Below the pieces are notes generated by a model that searched no databases, was not told the origin of the DNA, and saw only the letters and a program-made list of their open reading frames with translations. DNA of 64,000 bases. Origin: Oscillospiraceae bacterium. Lineage in GTDB: Bacteria > Bacillota > Clostridia > Oscillospirales > CAG-272. The stretch covers positions 23,578 to 87,577 of the forward strand of contig SVTS01000001.1 in NCBI GenBank assembly GCA_015063645.1. Reading direction: 5' to 3'. Below are positions 25,218 through 34,802 of the stretch, piece by piece (position 1 is the stretch's first letter; each line of letters starts with the position of its first letter). Position numbers and translations under genes: made by a program.

Positions 25218-26036
25218 TTAAACATATCTGCCGTTTTCAAGGTCACGGATCACTTGGGCTATCGCATGTTCTTCATTACTTACGGTTACATAATCGGCTG
25301 CCTCACGGGCTTCAGGACATGCATTGGCGACGGCTATACCGAGTCCGGCTGATTTAAACATGGAAATGTCGTTATTGTAATCGCCTATGGCGACGGTTTT
25401 ACTCATATCCACATGCAGATACTGTGCAAGTTTTTCGATTACCGTTCCTTTACCGATTCCTTTCGGCAGAATCTCAAACAGCGTTCTCTCAGAGCGGATA
25501 AAGTCAAACTGATCTGCCAGCGGATGTGCGCCCAGCGTCCGGGCAATCTCTCCGATCGTCTCCCCGCTTTCGCTTCCGAAGACAATTTTAGCAATCGGCT
25601 CTTTTACCTCGCGGTATGGACAGACGAGATTCGGCAGACGTGTCACTTCTCTGAAATGCTGCATGGTCTTATTTTCCCGACAGAAATATGTTTTATAAAA
25701 CGTATTGACCTGAATACCCACGTCGGAAAAAGCATCATCTATGCACTGTATCAGCTCTGTAACCGCCTCCGGCATGGTGCTTGTCCATATATATTTCTGA
25801 TTAGCATAGTCGTACAGACCGCCTCCGTTCACACATCCGATAGGCGCGTTCGGGTGTATTCTGTCATGAATCTTCGAGACAAAAAACGGCATACGTCCTG
25901 TAACGAATGTGAAATAACCGCCTTCGCTTTTGAAGTAGTCGATTGCGTACAGATTCTCGTCGGAAATGGTTTTATCTTTTCGCAGAAGCGTTCCGTCCAG
26001 ATCTGTGCAAAACAAAAAACCGTCAAAAATCCCCAT
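25218..26036 (-). CDS. Cof-type HAD-IIB family phosphatase
   Basis: 272 aa. Motif I FCTDLDGTLL and motif IV GDYNNDISMF. Overlaps the upstream AraC gene by 14 nt. Confidence 0.8.
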   Translation of the reverse strand: MGIFDGFLFCTDLDGTLLRKDKTISDENLYAIDYFKSEGGYFTFVTGRMPFFVSKIHDRIHPNAPIGCVNGGGLYDYANQKYIWTSTMPEAVTELIQCIDDAFSDVGIQVNTFYKTYFCRENKTMQHFREVTRLPNLVCPYREVKEPIAKIVFGSESGETIGEIARTLGAHPLADQFDFIRSERTLFEILPKGIGKGTVIEKLAQYLHVDMSKTVAIGDYNNDISMFKSAGLGIAVANACPEAREAADYVTVSNEEHAIAQVIRDLENGRYV

Positions 26037-26856
26037 ATGTATCTGTTTCCTTTTTATTATCTGATTCTTTATCGGTCAGTGTTTTTTTGAATTCTCTGGG
26101 TGACACGCCGATGCATTTTCTGAACACGGATGAAAAATACAGCGGATCGGTAAAGCCAGAAAGGAACGCTACATTTTTCACAGAATCGATCCCGCGTTCA
26201 AACAGAGCCACCGCATATTTGATACGCAGAGTACGGATATAATCCGAATAGTTCATCCCCATTTTCTGTTTGAAGAGATGGGAAAGATATTTTGAATTAT
26301 ACGAAAGTTCCTGAGCAACGGACGTGATCGTCAGCATGGGATCGGAGAAATTCTCCTCGGAAATCTCCACGATCCGAGTAAGCAGATCATTCTGCAGCGG
26401 ATTTTTCACACTGAGACGGGAGAATGTATACAAAAGCATACTCTCGGCGGCAAGATCCACATTCTGTCCGGAGGCACTTGCCAGGCTCTCATTCCACATG
26501 GGAATGAGTCCTGCAAATCCGGTAAAGACGCGGTTTTGCGGCGTGATACCGAATCTCCTGAACAACTCCCCGCTTCTGACTCCGCTGAAATCAATATACA
26601 TATAGGCAGTTTCCTGCTGTGTCTGCGCACGGCAGCTCTCGCACTCAAATCCGAACACCAATGTGCCGGGAGAATACGGTACAGTTCTGCTCTCCAGCAG
26701 AAATTCCCCATCGCCCTGTGTCACCAGAATCATGCGGTGTTTCTTCAGTGTCCAGGTATTCCGGATTATTTCCTGATTCGATTCAAGTACGAAGCAGGAA
26801 ACCGTCAGCACATCTTCAGCGCGGGCATCTATGAATTTGCATATATTTCTGTCCAT
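26023..26856 (-). CDS. AraC family transcriptional regulator
   Basis: 277 aa. C-terminal HTH (VAQELSYNSKYLSHLFKQKMG..., GFTDPLYFSSVFRKCIGVSP). Confidence 0.8.
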   Translation of the reverse strand: MDRNICKFIDARAEDVLTVSCFVLESNQEIIRNTWTLKKHRMILVTQGDGEFLLESRTVPYSPGTLVFGFECESCRAQTQQETAYMYIDFSGVRSGELFRRFGITPQNRVFTGFAGLIPMWNESLASASGQNVDLAAESMLLYTFSRLSVKNPLQNDLLTRIVEISEENFSDPMLTITSVAQELSYNSKYLSHLFKQKMGMNYSDYIRTLRIKYAVALFERGIDSVKNVAFLSGFTDPLYFSSVFRKCIGVSPREFKKTLTDKESDNKKETDTYGDF

Positions 26857-27081
26857 GTTCGCAGTGCCTCCCGTTTATTCCTTTATACTATACATCATTT
26901 CACCGGCAAAAGCAAGTGATTGCGGTTTTTTTCGATATTTTCATGGGAATTATCTATTATACGATATGTACAGCGATTGATTTTAAGGAAATTTTCAAAA
27001 AAATATCACTAATATAATGACAAAAAGGCGGATATCTGATATAATTAATTTATACACACATCAATCTCCAAGGAGTGCATC

Positions 27082-28554
27082 ATGTATCTGAAAGACACAC
27101 ATAAAATATGGCTTGCCACCGGTGAAAACCGCGTTTATCTGGAACCGTCCATGGCAAACCGGCACGGACTTATTGCAGGAGCAACCGGTACAGGTAAGAC
27201 GGTCACACTGAAAGTATTGGCTGAATCATTCAGCGATATGGGTGTTCCGGTATTTATTGCCGACATCAAGGGCGATCTTTCCGGTATGTGCACACCCGGA
27301 AAGGAAAACAAACACATCCGCCGCAGTATCGACACGATGGGGCTTGACGGATTTGACTACTGCAAATATCCGGTACAGTTCTGGGATGTGTACGGCAAAC
27401 AGGGACTGCCTGTACGGACAACAATCTCCGAAATGGGCCCGGAGCTTCTGTCCCGGCTTCTGGGGCTGAATGATACGCAGAGCGGTATTATGCGTATTGT
27501 CTTCCGCATTGCGGACGACAAGGGGCTTCTGCTGATCGACCTGAAGGATCTTCGGTCCATGGTGCAGTATGTAGGCGATAATGCCAAGGAATACAAGCTG
27601 ACATACGGCAATATTGCGCCGCAGTCTGTCGGTGCGATCCAGCGTGCTCTTCTGGCACTTGAGGATGAGGGCGGCAATATCTTCTTCGGTGAGCCGTCTC
27701 TGGATCTGTCCGACTGGGTAGACTGGGATGCCGATGGACGCGGCATGATGAATATTCTGGAATGTGCTGAATTGTTCCAGCATCCGCTGCTTTACGGAAC
27801 GTTTCTTCTCTGGATGCTCTCAGAGCTGTATGACATGCTGCCTGAGGCAGGCGATCTGGATAAGCCGAAGCTTGCATTCTTCTTTGATGAAGCGCATCTT
27901 CTCTTTGACGATGCACCGAAGGCGTTGATTGAGAAAGTAGAACAGGTTGTGCGTCTGATCCGCTCCAAGGGTGTCAGCGTATGGTTCATCACGCAGAATC
28001 CCACCGATATTCCCGACAGTGTTCTGGGACAGATCGGCAACCGTGTACAGCATGCGCTGCGTGCCTACACCCCAAACGATCAGAAAGCGCTGAATGCGGC
28101 TGCACGCTCTTTCCGTGTGAATCCTGCGTTCAATACGGCGGATGCTATTCAGGCGCTTGGAGTCGGCGAAGCGCTGGTCTCCGTTCTGGACGGTGACGGT
28201 GTTCCATCCATCGTAGAACGAGCCAATATTCTGCCGCCGCGAAGCAGTATGTCTGCTGTGGATCCGGTTCTGCTGCAGAGTGTGGTTCTTGCCAGTTCCC
28301 TGCGTGACAAGTATTCCAGGGAAGAGGATCGTGAATCCGCTTACGAACAGCTGAGTGAGGAGCAGGAAAAGAAAGAGAAACAGGAAGAGCTTGACAAAGT
28401 AATCCGGGAAAAAGAAGCTGCTCAGAAGAAATCGTCGTCCACGCGCCGCAAATCCACCATACTGGAGAAGACCCTTTCCAGCACTGCCAACACCATCGGA
28501 CGGGAAATCGGCAAGAAGATTGTCCGCGGATTCTTTGATACATTTCTGAAATGA
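27082..28554 (+). CDS. HerA-like / DUF853 (YjgR-type) P-loop ATPase
   Basis: 490 aa. Walker A GATGTGKT, Walker B-like FFFDEAHLLF, and a lysine/glutamate-rich C-terminal tail. Confidence 0.7.
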   Translation: MYLKDTHKIWLATGENRVYLEPSMANRHGLIAGATGTGKTVTLKVLAESFSDMGVPVFIADIKGDLSGMCTPGKENKHIRRSIDTMGLDGFDYCKYPVQFWDVYGKQGLPVRTTISEMGPELLSRLLGLNDTQSGIMRIVFRIADDKGLLLIDLKDLRSMVQYVGDNAKEYKLTYGNIAPQSVGAIQRALLALEDEGGNIFFGEPSLDLSDWVDWDADGRGMMNILECAELFQHPLLYGTFLLWMLSELYDMLPEAGDLDKPKLAFFFDEAHLLFDDAPKALIEKVEQVVRLIRSKGVSVWFITQNPTDIPDSVLGQIGNRVQHALRAYTPNDQKALNAAARSFRVNPAFNTADAIQALGVGEALVSVLDGDGVPSIVERANILPPRSSMSAVDPVLLQSVVLASSLRDKYSREEDRESAYEQLSEEQEKKEKQEELDKVIREKEAAQKKSSSTRRKSTILEKTLSSTANTIGREIGKKIVRGFFDTFLK

Positions 28555-28604
28555 TCTTTTACGCAGGTGATATCAGGTGCCTGTCTCAGATTGAAGCTAA
28601 TATA

Positions 28605-28637
28605 AAAACGCACAGCTGTCGGAGCTGTGCGTTTTTT
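28605..28637. terminator. Rho-independent terminator between convergent genes
   Basis: aaaacgcacagct-gtcgg-agctgtgcgtttt stem followed by a T-run. Confidence 0.65.
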
Positions 28638-28640
28638 CTG

Positions 28641-29705
28641 TTATGCGTTACTCAATCCAAGTCCACGGAGATCTGCCAGTTTATTATTCTCCTCCGCATC
28701 ATACAGCGCCCAGATTACGCGCAGCCCCTGCAGGGCTGCTCTGCCGCTGGTGAGAGGTGTTTTATCCTGCAGAACGCATTCTACGAAGTGCTTTATCTCA
28801 TGCTGTGTTTCCTTGGATGTAGCGCCGTCCCGTTTCCAGACAACATTATAGGACTGCTTCTCCGTTGCACCGCCGGGTTTATGCTCACCGCTGCCGCTGT
28901 ACACACGGACTTCACCGGTATTATGCTCATATTCAAGCATGGCTTTTTCCGTCTGGATCTGGAAATCATAGGCAAGCCGGGTACCTCTTGCGCCCCAGGT
29001 TGCTCCGTGATAACCAACTGAGCCGTTGGCGAATTTGATTGTCACGGCACTGGTACCCTCGCGGAGCATCCACGGTGTACCGTTACGCGTTCCGAAATGC
29101 GCACCGTTTACGGGATCCCCCAGGAACCAGAGCATCAGATCGATATAGTGACAGCCATGGCTGAACAACTGTCCGCCGCCCAGTCTTCCGGTGAGAAGCC
29201 AGTTGGATTCCTTATCATCATATTGGAACTGTGCACCGGTAAGCTGTTCCGTCCATACGGACATCTGGATAATCTCCCCGTATTCACCGCTGTCCATAAG
29301 TTCTTTCAGTTTCTCAATGCCCTTCCAGAACCGCACGGGATAGGCGCACATGAGTTTCAGTTTACGGCTCTCGCAGGTTTCTATCAGACGCAGGCATTCC
29401 TCTTCTGTATTGCAGAGCGGTTTTTCCATGAGGATATGCTTATTGTGCATCGCAAAGAACATACCGCACTCAAAGTGCAGATCATGAGGCAACGCGATCA
29501 TAACAGCATCCACATAGTCTGTCATTTCGCGGAAATTGGTGAACACGGTGGGATTATTGCCCAACTCCTGTGCGACCCTGCGTGCTTTTTCTTCGATAAT
29601 ATCGCACACTGCCACAATTTCCACGTTATCTACATATTTGACGCCCTTCACGTGAGTTCCCATCATTTTGCCGCATCCAATAAGTCCAAGTCTGATAGTA
29701 TCCAT
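28641..29705 (-). CDS. Gfo/Idh/MocA family oxidoreductase
   Basis: 354 aa. IRLGLIGCGKMMGTH Rossmann start and LMEKPLCNT motif. Confidence 0.85.
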   Translation of the reverse strand: MDTIRLGLIGCGKMMGTHVKGVKYVDNVEIVAVCDIIEEKARRVAQELGNNPTVFTNFREMTDYVDAVMIALPHDLHFECGMFFAMHNKHILMEKPLCNTEEECLRLIETCESRKLKLMCAYPVRFWKGIEKLKELMDSGEYGEIIQMSVWTEQLTGAQFQYDDKESNWLLTGRLGGGQLFSHGCHYIDLMLWFLGDPVNGAHFGTRNGTPWMLREGTSAVTIKFANGSVGYHGATWGARGTRLAYDFQIQTEKAMLEYEHNTGEVRVYSGSGEHKPGGATEKQSYNVVWKRDGATSKETQHEIKHFVECVLQDKTPLTSGRAALQGLRVIWALYDAEENNKLADLRGLGLSNA

Positions 29706-29755
29706 ACTGTATCCTTTCCGCTGCGCTGCAGCTGAACGGCAGTGATCTGCTGTTC

Positions 29756-29784
29756 TTGACTTTTTTCGTTAAATGGATTATAAT
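29756..29784 (+). promoter_or_regulatory. Promoter TTGACT-17-TATAAT for AraC gene
   Basis: -35 at 29756..29761 and -10 at 29779..29784. It would give a leader of about 130 nt. Confidence 0.45.
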
Positions 29785-29919
29785 AATGCTGACTGCCAGC
29801 CGTCCGCATCACTGTCACTATTGTAGCACAGTCATGCGTCGGTGTCTATAGACAATCAGGCAAAAATTTGCACAATCGGGTTAAATTCATCGGATTTTAT
29901 GTGCAGGAGGCGGAAGAAG

Positions 29920-30762
29920 ATGTATATCAGCAGCGATTTTCCGGCAACTTTTACCGTTGAGGGAATCTTTTCCGTTCTGCTCCACACGTTCGACAGGCTT
30001 CCACGTTCAGGTGGGGAAGCCCACGATTTTCCCGAAATAATCTACATACTGCGCGGCAGGCATACTCTGTATGTGGACGGAAAGGAATACGCTCTGTCCG
30101 CGGGACAGATGATGATATATGCGCCCGGGGCGTTCCACGAGGGAAAAGACATCACCGGGGCTCAGGCTTATATTCTCAGCTTCAAAGTCGGGGCCGGCTT
30201 TCTTGATCCGCTGTACAATCGTGTGATCACACTGAACGAGGCACACAGGCAGCTGTTCTGCCGCATCATGGAGGACGGTCAGCGCTGTTTCATGCGCACT
30301 TCTCCGGGGCTTATGATCAGAGAAGGAACGGATACCTCCGTTCTGCAGAGGATGAAGAAACAGCTGGAATTTTTTCTCGCAGATATTCTTGTTGAATATG
30401 CAAGGCAGATAAACCGGGAGATTCCCGCCGGATGGGATGCTGATTTTGAAAAAGCTGTCCGATATCTGCATGAACATATCTGTCAGCCGCTCTCGCTGGA
30501 GGAGATTGCGTCAGGATGTTCCATGAGTGTTTCCAAGCTGAAAATGCTGTTCCGTGAGATGAGCGGATGCGGACCTGTCCATTACAGCAACGGACTGAAA
30601 ATTGAGTATGCAAAACAGCTCATTGCGGAAGGTGATTTGAATTTTACGGAGATTGCCGAAGCGCTTGGATTTTCCTCGCTGCATTATTTTTCCCGACTGT
30701 TCAGAAAGACAGCCGGAATATCCCCTTCAGAATATGCACGCACATGCCAGAGCAGTAAATAA
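29920..30762 (+). CDS. AraC family transcriptional regulator (cupin + HTH)
   Basis: Start moved to ATG 29920, with AGGAGG 9 nt upstream. C-terminal HTH (EIASGCSMSVSKLKMLF..., GFSSLHYFSRLFRKTAGISP). Confidence 0.85.
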   Translation: MYISSDFPATFTVEGIFSVLLHTFDRLPRSGGEAHDFPEIIYILRGRHTLYVDGKEYALSAGQMMIYAPGAFHEGKDITGAQAYILSFKVGAGFLDPLYNRVITLNEAHRQLFCRIMEDGQRCFMRTSPGLMIREGTDTSVLQRMKKQLEFFLADILVEYARQINREIPAGWDADFEKAVRYLHEHICQPLSLEEIASGCSMSVSKLKMLFREMSGCGPVHYSNGLKIEYAKQLIAEGDLNFTEIAEALGFSSLHYFSRLFRKTAGISPSEYARTCQSSK

Positions 30763-30800
30763 CAGAAACCGCAGGAAAATTCATTCCTGCGGTTTGCTGT
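30761..30800. terminator. Hairpin terminator between convergent genes
   Basis: aacagaaaccgcagga / tcctgcggtttgctgtt long stem with one mismatch. Confidence 0.55.
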
Positions 30801-30802
30801 TA

Positions 30803-33505
30803 TCACTGAACAGGCGGGATCATCCAGCCGTATTCGCCGATAAGTACCTGGCTGAGACCAAGGGAAATAAATGCATCCGGATCTTTTATCCATCCGGCAC
30901 TGCCGGCTGTAATGCGCATTTTGAACGGGCGGGCTTTTTCAAGTCCGAAGTTTCGCAGATCAATATGGAGTCGCCAACCGTTCGCAAGTTTCTCCTTATT
31001 GGCATACTTTTGCAGTTCTGCATTCCACTTATCGCCGAAGATGGAATTATATAATTTTGTGTCCTGTTCGCTTCCGAATTTCACGGTTCCGTCCGGATGA
31101 ATTGCGATTGCCGGATTCGGAGTAAAGAGCTGATACTCCGGACAGATTCGGAACACGGTTGGTGTCTGTGCACACAAATCCAGAGTCAGTTCCGTTCCAC
31201 TGACTGCACCGCGGAACTGTGCACCGGTACCGATCATCTCCCAGGGGGCGGTTTCGATATCGCTGCTCAATTCATAGCGGGCACCGTCCCCCTCTCCGAG
31301 GTAATAGGCAAGCGGTGCTTTTCCATCAGCAATGCGTGCGCGGACACGGGGGAATTCCTCTGCAAGCAGTTTTTCAAGCTGGGCAATGCGATCGAGAATT
31401 TTTTCCGTGAAGAATTTGTAGCCCTCTCCCTCGGAATGATAGCCGAGACGCCCGTCCTCTTCGCAGAGCGGGATCATGGCACGGCTGTTTTCTATTTCTG
31501 CGTATACCAGCGTTTCCATGGACTTCAAGATTTCCCAAGGATTTCGCTGCTGTGTACCGAGTTCATCACGGAGTTTATAGAATGCAAGAATATTCCGACC
31601 ACCGCTGAAGAGAATGCCGATGGCTTTCGCTACAGAGATCTGTTCGGTCATATCTTCCCCTGATGCGGAAAGGGATGTCAGGGCGGCAAGTCCTTCCGCC
31701 CATGCTTCACACATACCGTTCAGGAGCGTAAGGGCTTCATCCAGTGTATGTCCCTGCAGCAGGCTCTCGCCGATTCTGTCGCCGTCGATAGGATCCAGCG
31801 TCTGCCAGGTACGGGGGAGTTTATTATTCTTCGGTTCCAGATACAGCTTCCAGACAACGCTGTCATGCATGGGTCCGTAATAGCTGAACATGATGTTCAT
31901 AGGGTACATACGGTAGGATTTTTCAAAAAGCTTCCAGGCGAGTACAACCTGCGAGGCTCTGGAACGTCCCCAATAGATAGCCGCAAGCGAGGTGAGGAAT
32001 GCATCCTCATCTTCGTATTTCTCCACAAACGCCAATTCTCCGGCAGCTTTACTCATCATGGAGGGATAATTGCCGAAGTACCAGCACTGCATTACACCCT
32101 CCACACCGTATGCACGGGCTGCTGCATATTTCTTATAGATAATTCCGGGCACGGGGATATAGGGCACGCTGGCGATCTCGTGAGAACAGCACACCTGCAT
32201 TTTGGCAAACATATGCTTGCCGCACTGCTGTGCTTTTTCTGCGGTAACGGTAAACAATTCAGACGGTCCGACATAGGAAAGCCAGTAATCCACGCACTGA
32301 CGCATGACACCAAGCTGCTCCTCGTAGCCCATATCATCAAAATTCTGCATCAGCATAACATCCACGGGAGCACGCTCCACATAATCAAGGATATCGCTAT
32401 ACTCCCATACGCGGTGTCCATATGTCCAGCTGATCACTTCACAGGCGGGATTTACGCTGTGCATGCCGGAGCGCAGTGCTTCCACGTCATCGGCAAGCAG
32501 CTGACCGCTGCATGCGGCAGGACAAGTGCCCTTCGGGCATTGACGATTCTTGACAGATGCGCAGGAAGTCGGGCGTTCGCCCATGGTGATACTGATAAAT
32601 CCACGGATTCCGGGAGCGTTCTCCAACAGCCGTCTGCCGGCTTCATAGACAAACTTCTTTCCTTCTTCGGATTCCACGCAGATACAGTGATGCTTTACCG
32701 GCTCTGCATCGCGGGCAACAAGCGGTTTATATGTTCCGGTGGATACGCCCTGAATTTCCGGGCAGTTTGCAAAATCATTTTCCGGCATGGATGTCGGTTC
32801 GATAGCAAATACATACACACCGATACCGTACCGGGCGCATTTCTCCACGACACGGTTCAGTTTTGCGACGCGGGCATCTTTGCCCTTGCCCCACGACGGA
32901 ACAAAAGAGGAGTCAACAAGATCGGAGAAACGGGTATAGATCCACACGCCGTTGACGCCGTCGTGCATGAGACGGTTCAGATATTCGTCAGGGTAGTAAT
33001 CGATTTCATCGGACAATTCGTCGCCGTATTTGGGGGCGCGATTGATGGGACTGAAGAAACAGCGTGTAATCCTGGAACGGATCACTGCATGGCGTTCTGT
33101 AACGCCGGGCATAAGATACGGCGCTTCCGCACGGCGGAGTTCATCCTCCAGCCACACAAGCGCGCGGCGGATTCCTTCGGTATCACCGCTGATCCGGATT
33201 CCATCCGAGGATATTTCCGCTTTCCAGGATTCAGTGCGCTCTGTTGCTGTCAGGGTAACGAATACGGGATATCGACTGCCCTGTATATGATAAATCTGCA
33301 GAAAGCGGTTCAGGGATTCCCAGGAAGTCTTCAGAATGTCATCCGGACATTCTGTCGCCAGATACATGCCGGAGGCATCGATTTCACCTGGCTCCACCGG
33401 GCGTTTGCCCCAATCCGTCGGAGCGTTCCGGTACATGGGGATTTTTAATTCTTCGATAAAGGTAAAAGGCGGCTGTTTGTCAAAAAAAGGATCCAAGCGG
33501 GGCAT
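30803..33505 (-). CDS. Large cytoplasmic protein of unknown family (900 aa)
   Basis: Uninterrupted 900-aa ORF starting 18 nt after the upstream gene. No signal peptide. Contains a Cys-rich stretch CASVKNRQCPKGTCPAAC. I cannot assign a family. Confidence 0.65.
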   Translation of the reverse strand: MPRLDPFFDKQPPFTFIEELKIPMYRNAPTDWGKRPVEPGEIDASGMYLATECPDDILKTSWESLNRFLQIYHIQGSRYPVFVTLTATERTESWKAEISSDGIRISGDTEGIRRALVWLEDELRRAEAPYLMPGVTERHAVIRSRITRCFFSPINRAPKYGDELSDEIDYYPDEYLNRLMHDGVNGVWIYTRFSDLVDSSFVPSWGKGKDARVAKLNRVVEKCARYGIGVYVFAIEPTSMPENDFANCPEIQGVSTGTYKPLVARDAEPVKHHCICVESEEGKKFVYEAGRRLLENAPGIRGFISITMGERPTSCASVKNRQCPKGTCPAACSGQLLADDVEALRSGMHSVNPACEVISWTYGHRVWEYSDILDYVERAPVDVMLMQNFDDMGYEEQLGVMRQCVDYWLSYVGPSELFTVTAEKAQQCGKHMFAKMQVCCSHEIASVPYIPVPGIIYKKYAAARAYGVEGVMQCWYFGNYPSMMSKAAGELAFVEKYEDEDAFLTSLAAIYWGRSRASQVVLAWKLFEKSYRMYPMNIMFSYYGPMHDSVVWKLYLEPKNNKLPRTWQTLDPIDGDRIGESLLQGHTLDEALTLLNGMCEAWAEGLAALTSLSASGEDMTEQISVAKAIGILFSGGRNILAFYKLRDELGTQQRNPWEILKSMETLVYAEIENSRAMIPLCEEDGRLGYHSEGEGYKFFTEKILDRIAQLEKLLAEEFPRVRARIADGKAPLAYYLGEGDGARYELSSDIETAPWEMIGTGAQFRGAVSGTELTLDLCAQTPTVFRICPEYQLFTPNPAIAIHPDGTVKFGSEQDTKLYNSIFGDKWNAELQKYANKEKLANGWRLHIDLRNFGLEKARPFKMRITAGSAGWIKDPDAFISLGLSQVLIGEYGWMIPPVQ

Positions 33506-33523
33506 TATGCTATTCCTCCCTAA

Positions 33524-34645
33524 TCAGTATCTTCCGTAATTCTGGATTGCTGCCATAACGGTACGCATACTTGTCAGAAGCGAGCCGTTATTGATGGAAC
33601 CTGCGGTGCTCAGATTCAGACCGCGGGCATCGTTTTCCCGCGCCATTTCACAGTCGCGCTTTACTTCTGCGATAATATCTGCTTCGTTATTGCGCATGAA
33701 GGTGAACGGTGCCAGTTGTCCGTCAATACGTGTATGCGGCATATATTTCCGGATATGGGAAACGGTTACGGTTGGACCGAAATTGCAGCCTGTCAGATGC
33801 AGGCGGGCAAGGATCGGCACAAGGTGACCCATCGCAGAATCGGAATGCTGGAAACGGTTATCATCCGGATTCGGAGAAACACGCTCAAAGACGGATTTCA
33901 GAATGGGATAGCCGAACGCTTCATACATTTCGGGAGTCATCAGGTTGCTGTCATCGTCATAAAAACTGAATCCGTGGGAGAAATTCTCTTCACTATGCCC
34001 GGATTCCTCGATGAAGATACTGATGTATTCATGCACAACGCGAAGGATCGTCTCGGAGAAACGACGGAAAAGATCAGGATTATCATAGTAAAGGAACAGA
34101 AGATTTTCGGTACCGTATACAGAGGATGCCAGTGTTACGGGACCGCGGATACTTTTGAATTGCCCGGGACGTTTTCCATACTTCTCATAGAGACGCTTCT
34201 TTTCAGACTCCCAGTTAGCAGGCAGAATGAAGGAGCGCAGATCCAAATGATCGATCTCATCCAGTTTCTTTGCGAGGGATTCTTCATCGGTAAGCGTTCC
34301 CTTCAGCCATGTTGTCTTTCCGTCAAACACATACTGACCGCCGAAAACTTCGCCGATCTGGCGGAACGCCGGGAAAAAGCTGTCTGCGGGAGCAGGAGGA
34401 TTTTCACGCAGGAGTTTGCGTCCCACTATCTTCAGCGCTTTTTCGTTGTAACGCTTATTCAGCTCCAGTCTGCGCTCGGGCGGTGTATAGCCCCATGGTT
34501 CGCCCTCTTCTCCAAGTTCGGCGAAGACGCATTCATCACTCATACGGATGCCCAGCGCGACCTGCGGGGCCTCTTTGGAAAAACAGTTTTCCCTATGTGC
34601 CAGTTCATCATCTTTCCAGAACTGTTCGATATCCAGATCCAGCAT
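33524..34645 (-). CDS. Cytoplasmic protein of unknown function (373 aa)
   Basis: Uninterrupted ORF apparently co-transcribed with the 900-aa gene. No reliable motif recognised. Confidence 0.6.
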   Translation of the reverse strand: MLDLDIEQFWKDDELAHRENCFSKEAPQVALGIRMSDECVFAELGEEGEPWGYTPPERRLELNKRYNEKALKIVGRKLLRENPPAPADSFFPAFRQIGEVFGGQYVFDGKTTWLKGTLTDEESLAKKLDEIDHLDLRSFILPANWESEKKRLYEKYGKRPGQFKSIRGPVTLASSVYGTENLLFLYYDNPDLFRRFSETILRVVHEYISIFIEESGHSEENFSHGFSFYDDDSNLMTPEMYEAFGYPILKSVFERVSPNPDDNRFQHSDSAMGHLVPILARLHLTGCNFGPTVTVSHIRKYMPHTRIDGQLAPFTFMRNNEADIIAEVKRDCEMARENDARGLNLSTAGSINNGSLLTSMRTVMAAIQNYGRY

Positions 34646-34802
34646 AACAACCTCTCACAACCTGTATTTTTTATATTATATCATTTCCGTATTGCAAAAG
34701 CAATGTCTTTCGGAGGATTCTGGATGTTTTCAGCTAAAAATCTCTTCTGCAGTGCAGCCTATATATGGAAAGTGAGAGGAATCAAACCTCTCACTTTCGT
34801 TT

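Noticed and set aside
27082-28554. HerA-like DUF853 ATPase as part of an anti-phage defence system.
   Set aside because: It is a monocistronic unit bounded by a promoter region and a terminator. No nuclease, Sir2, TIR or other effector partner is adjacent, so nothing in the sequence supports a defence role.
33524-34645. Tentative impression that the 373-aa protein is a uroporphyrinogen-decarboxylase-like (URO-D/MtaA-type) TIM barrel.
   Set aside because: I could not identify any diagnostic motif in the sequence, so the call would be a guess from gene size and context. It is left as unknown.
34768-34798. Hairpin gaaagtgagagg-n7-cctctcactttc just after the stop of the 447-aa membrane protein gene, considered as a terminator.
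   Set aside because: On the transcribed (minus) strand it is followed by CCATATATAGG with no U-run. The T-run is on the plus strand, where no gene reads into it. It may still be a weak terminator or RNA-stability element.
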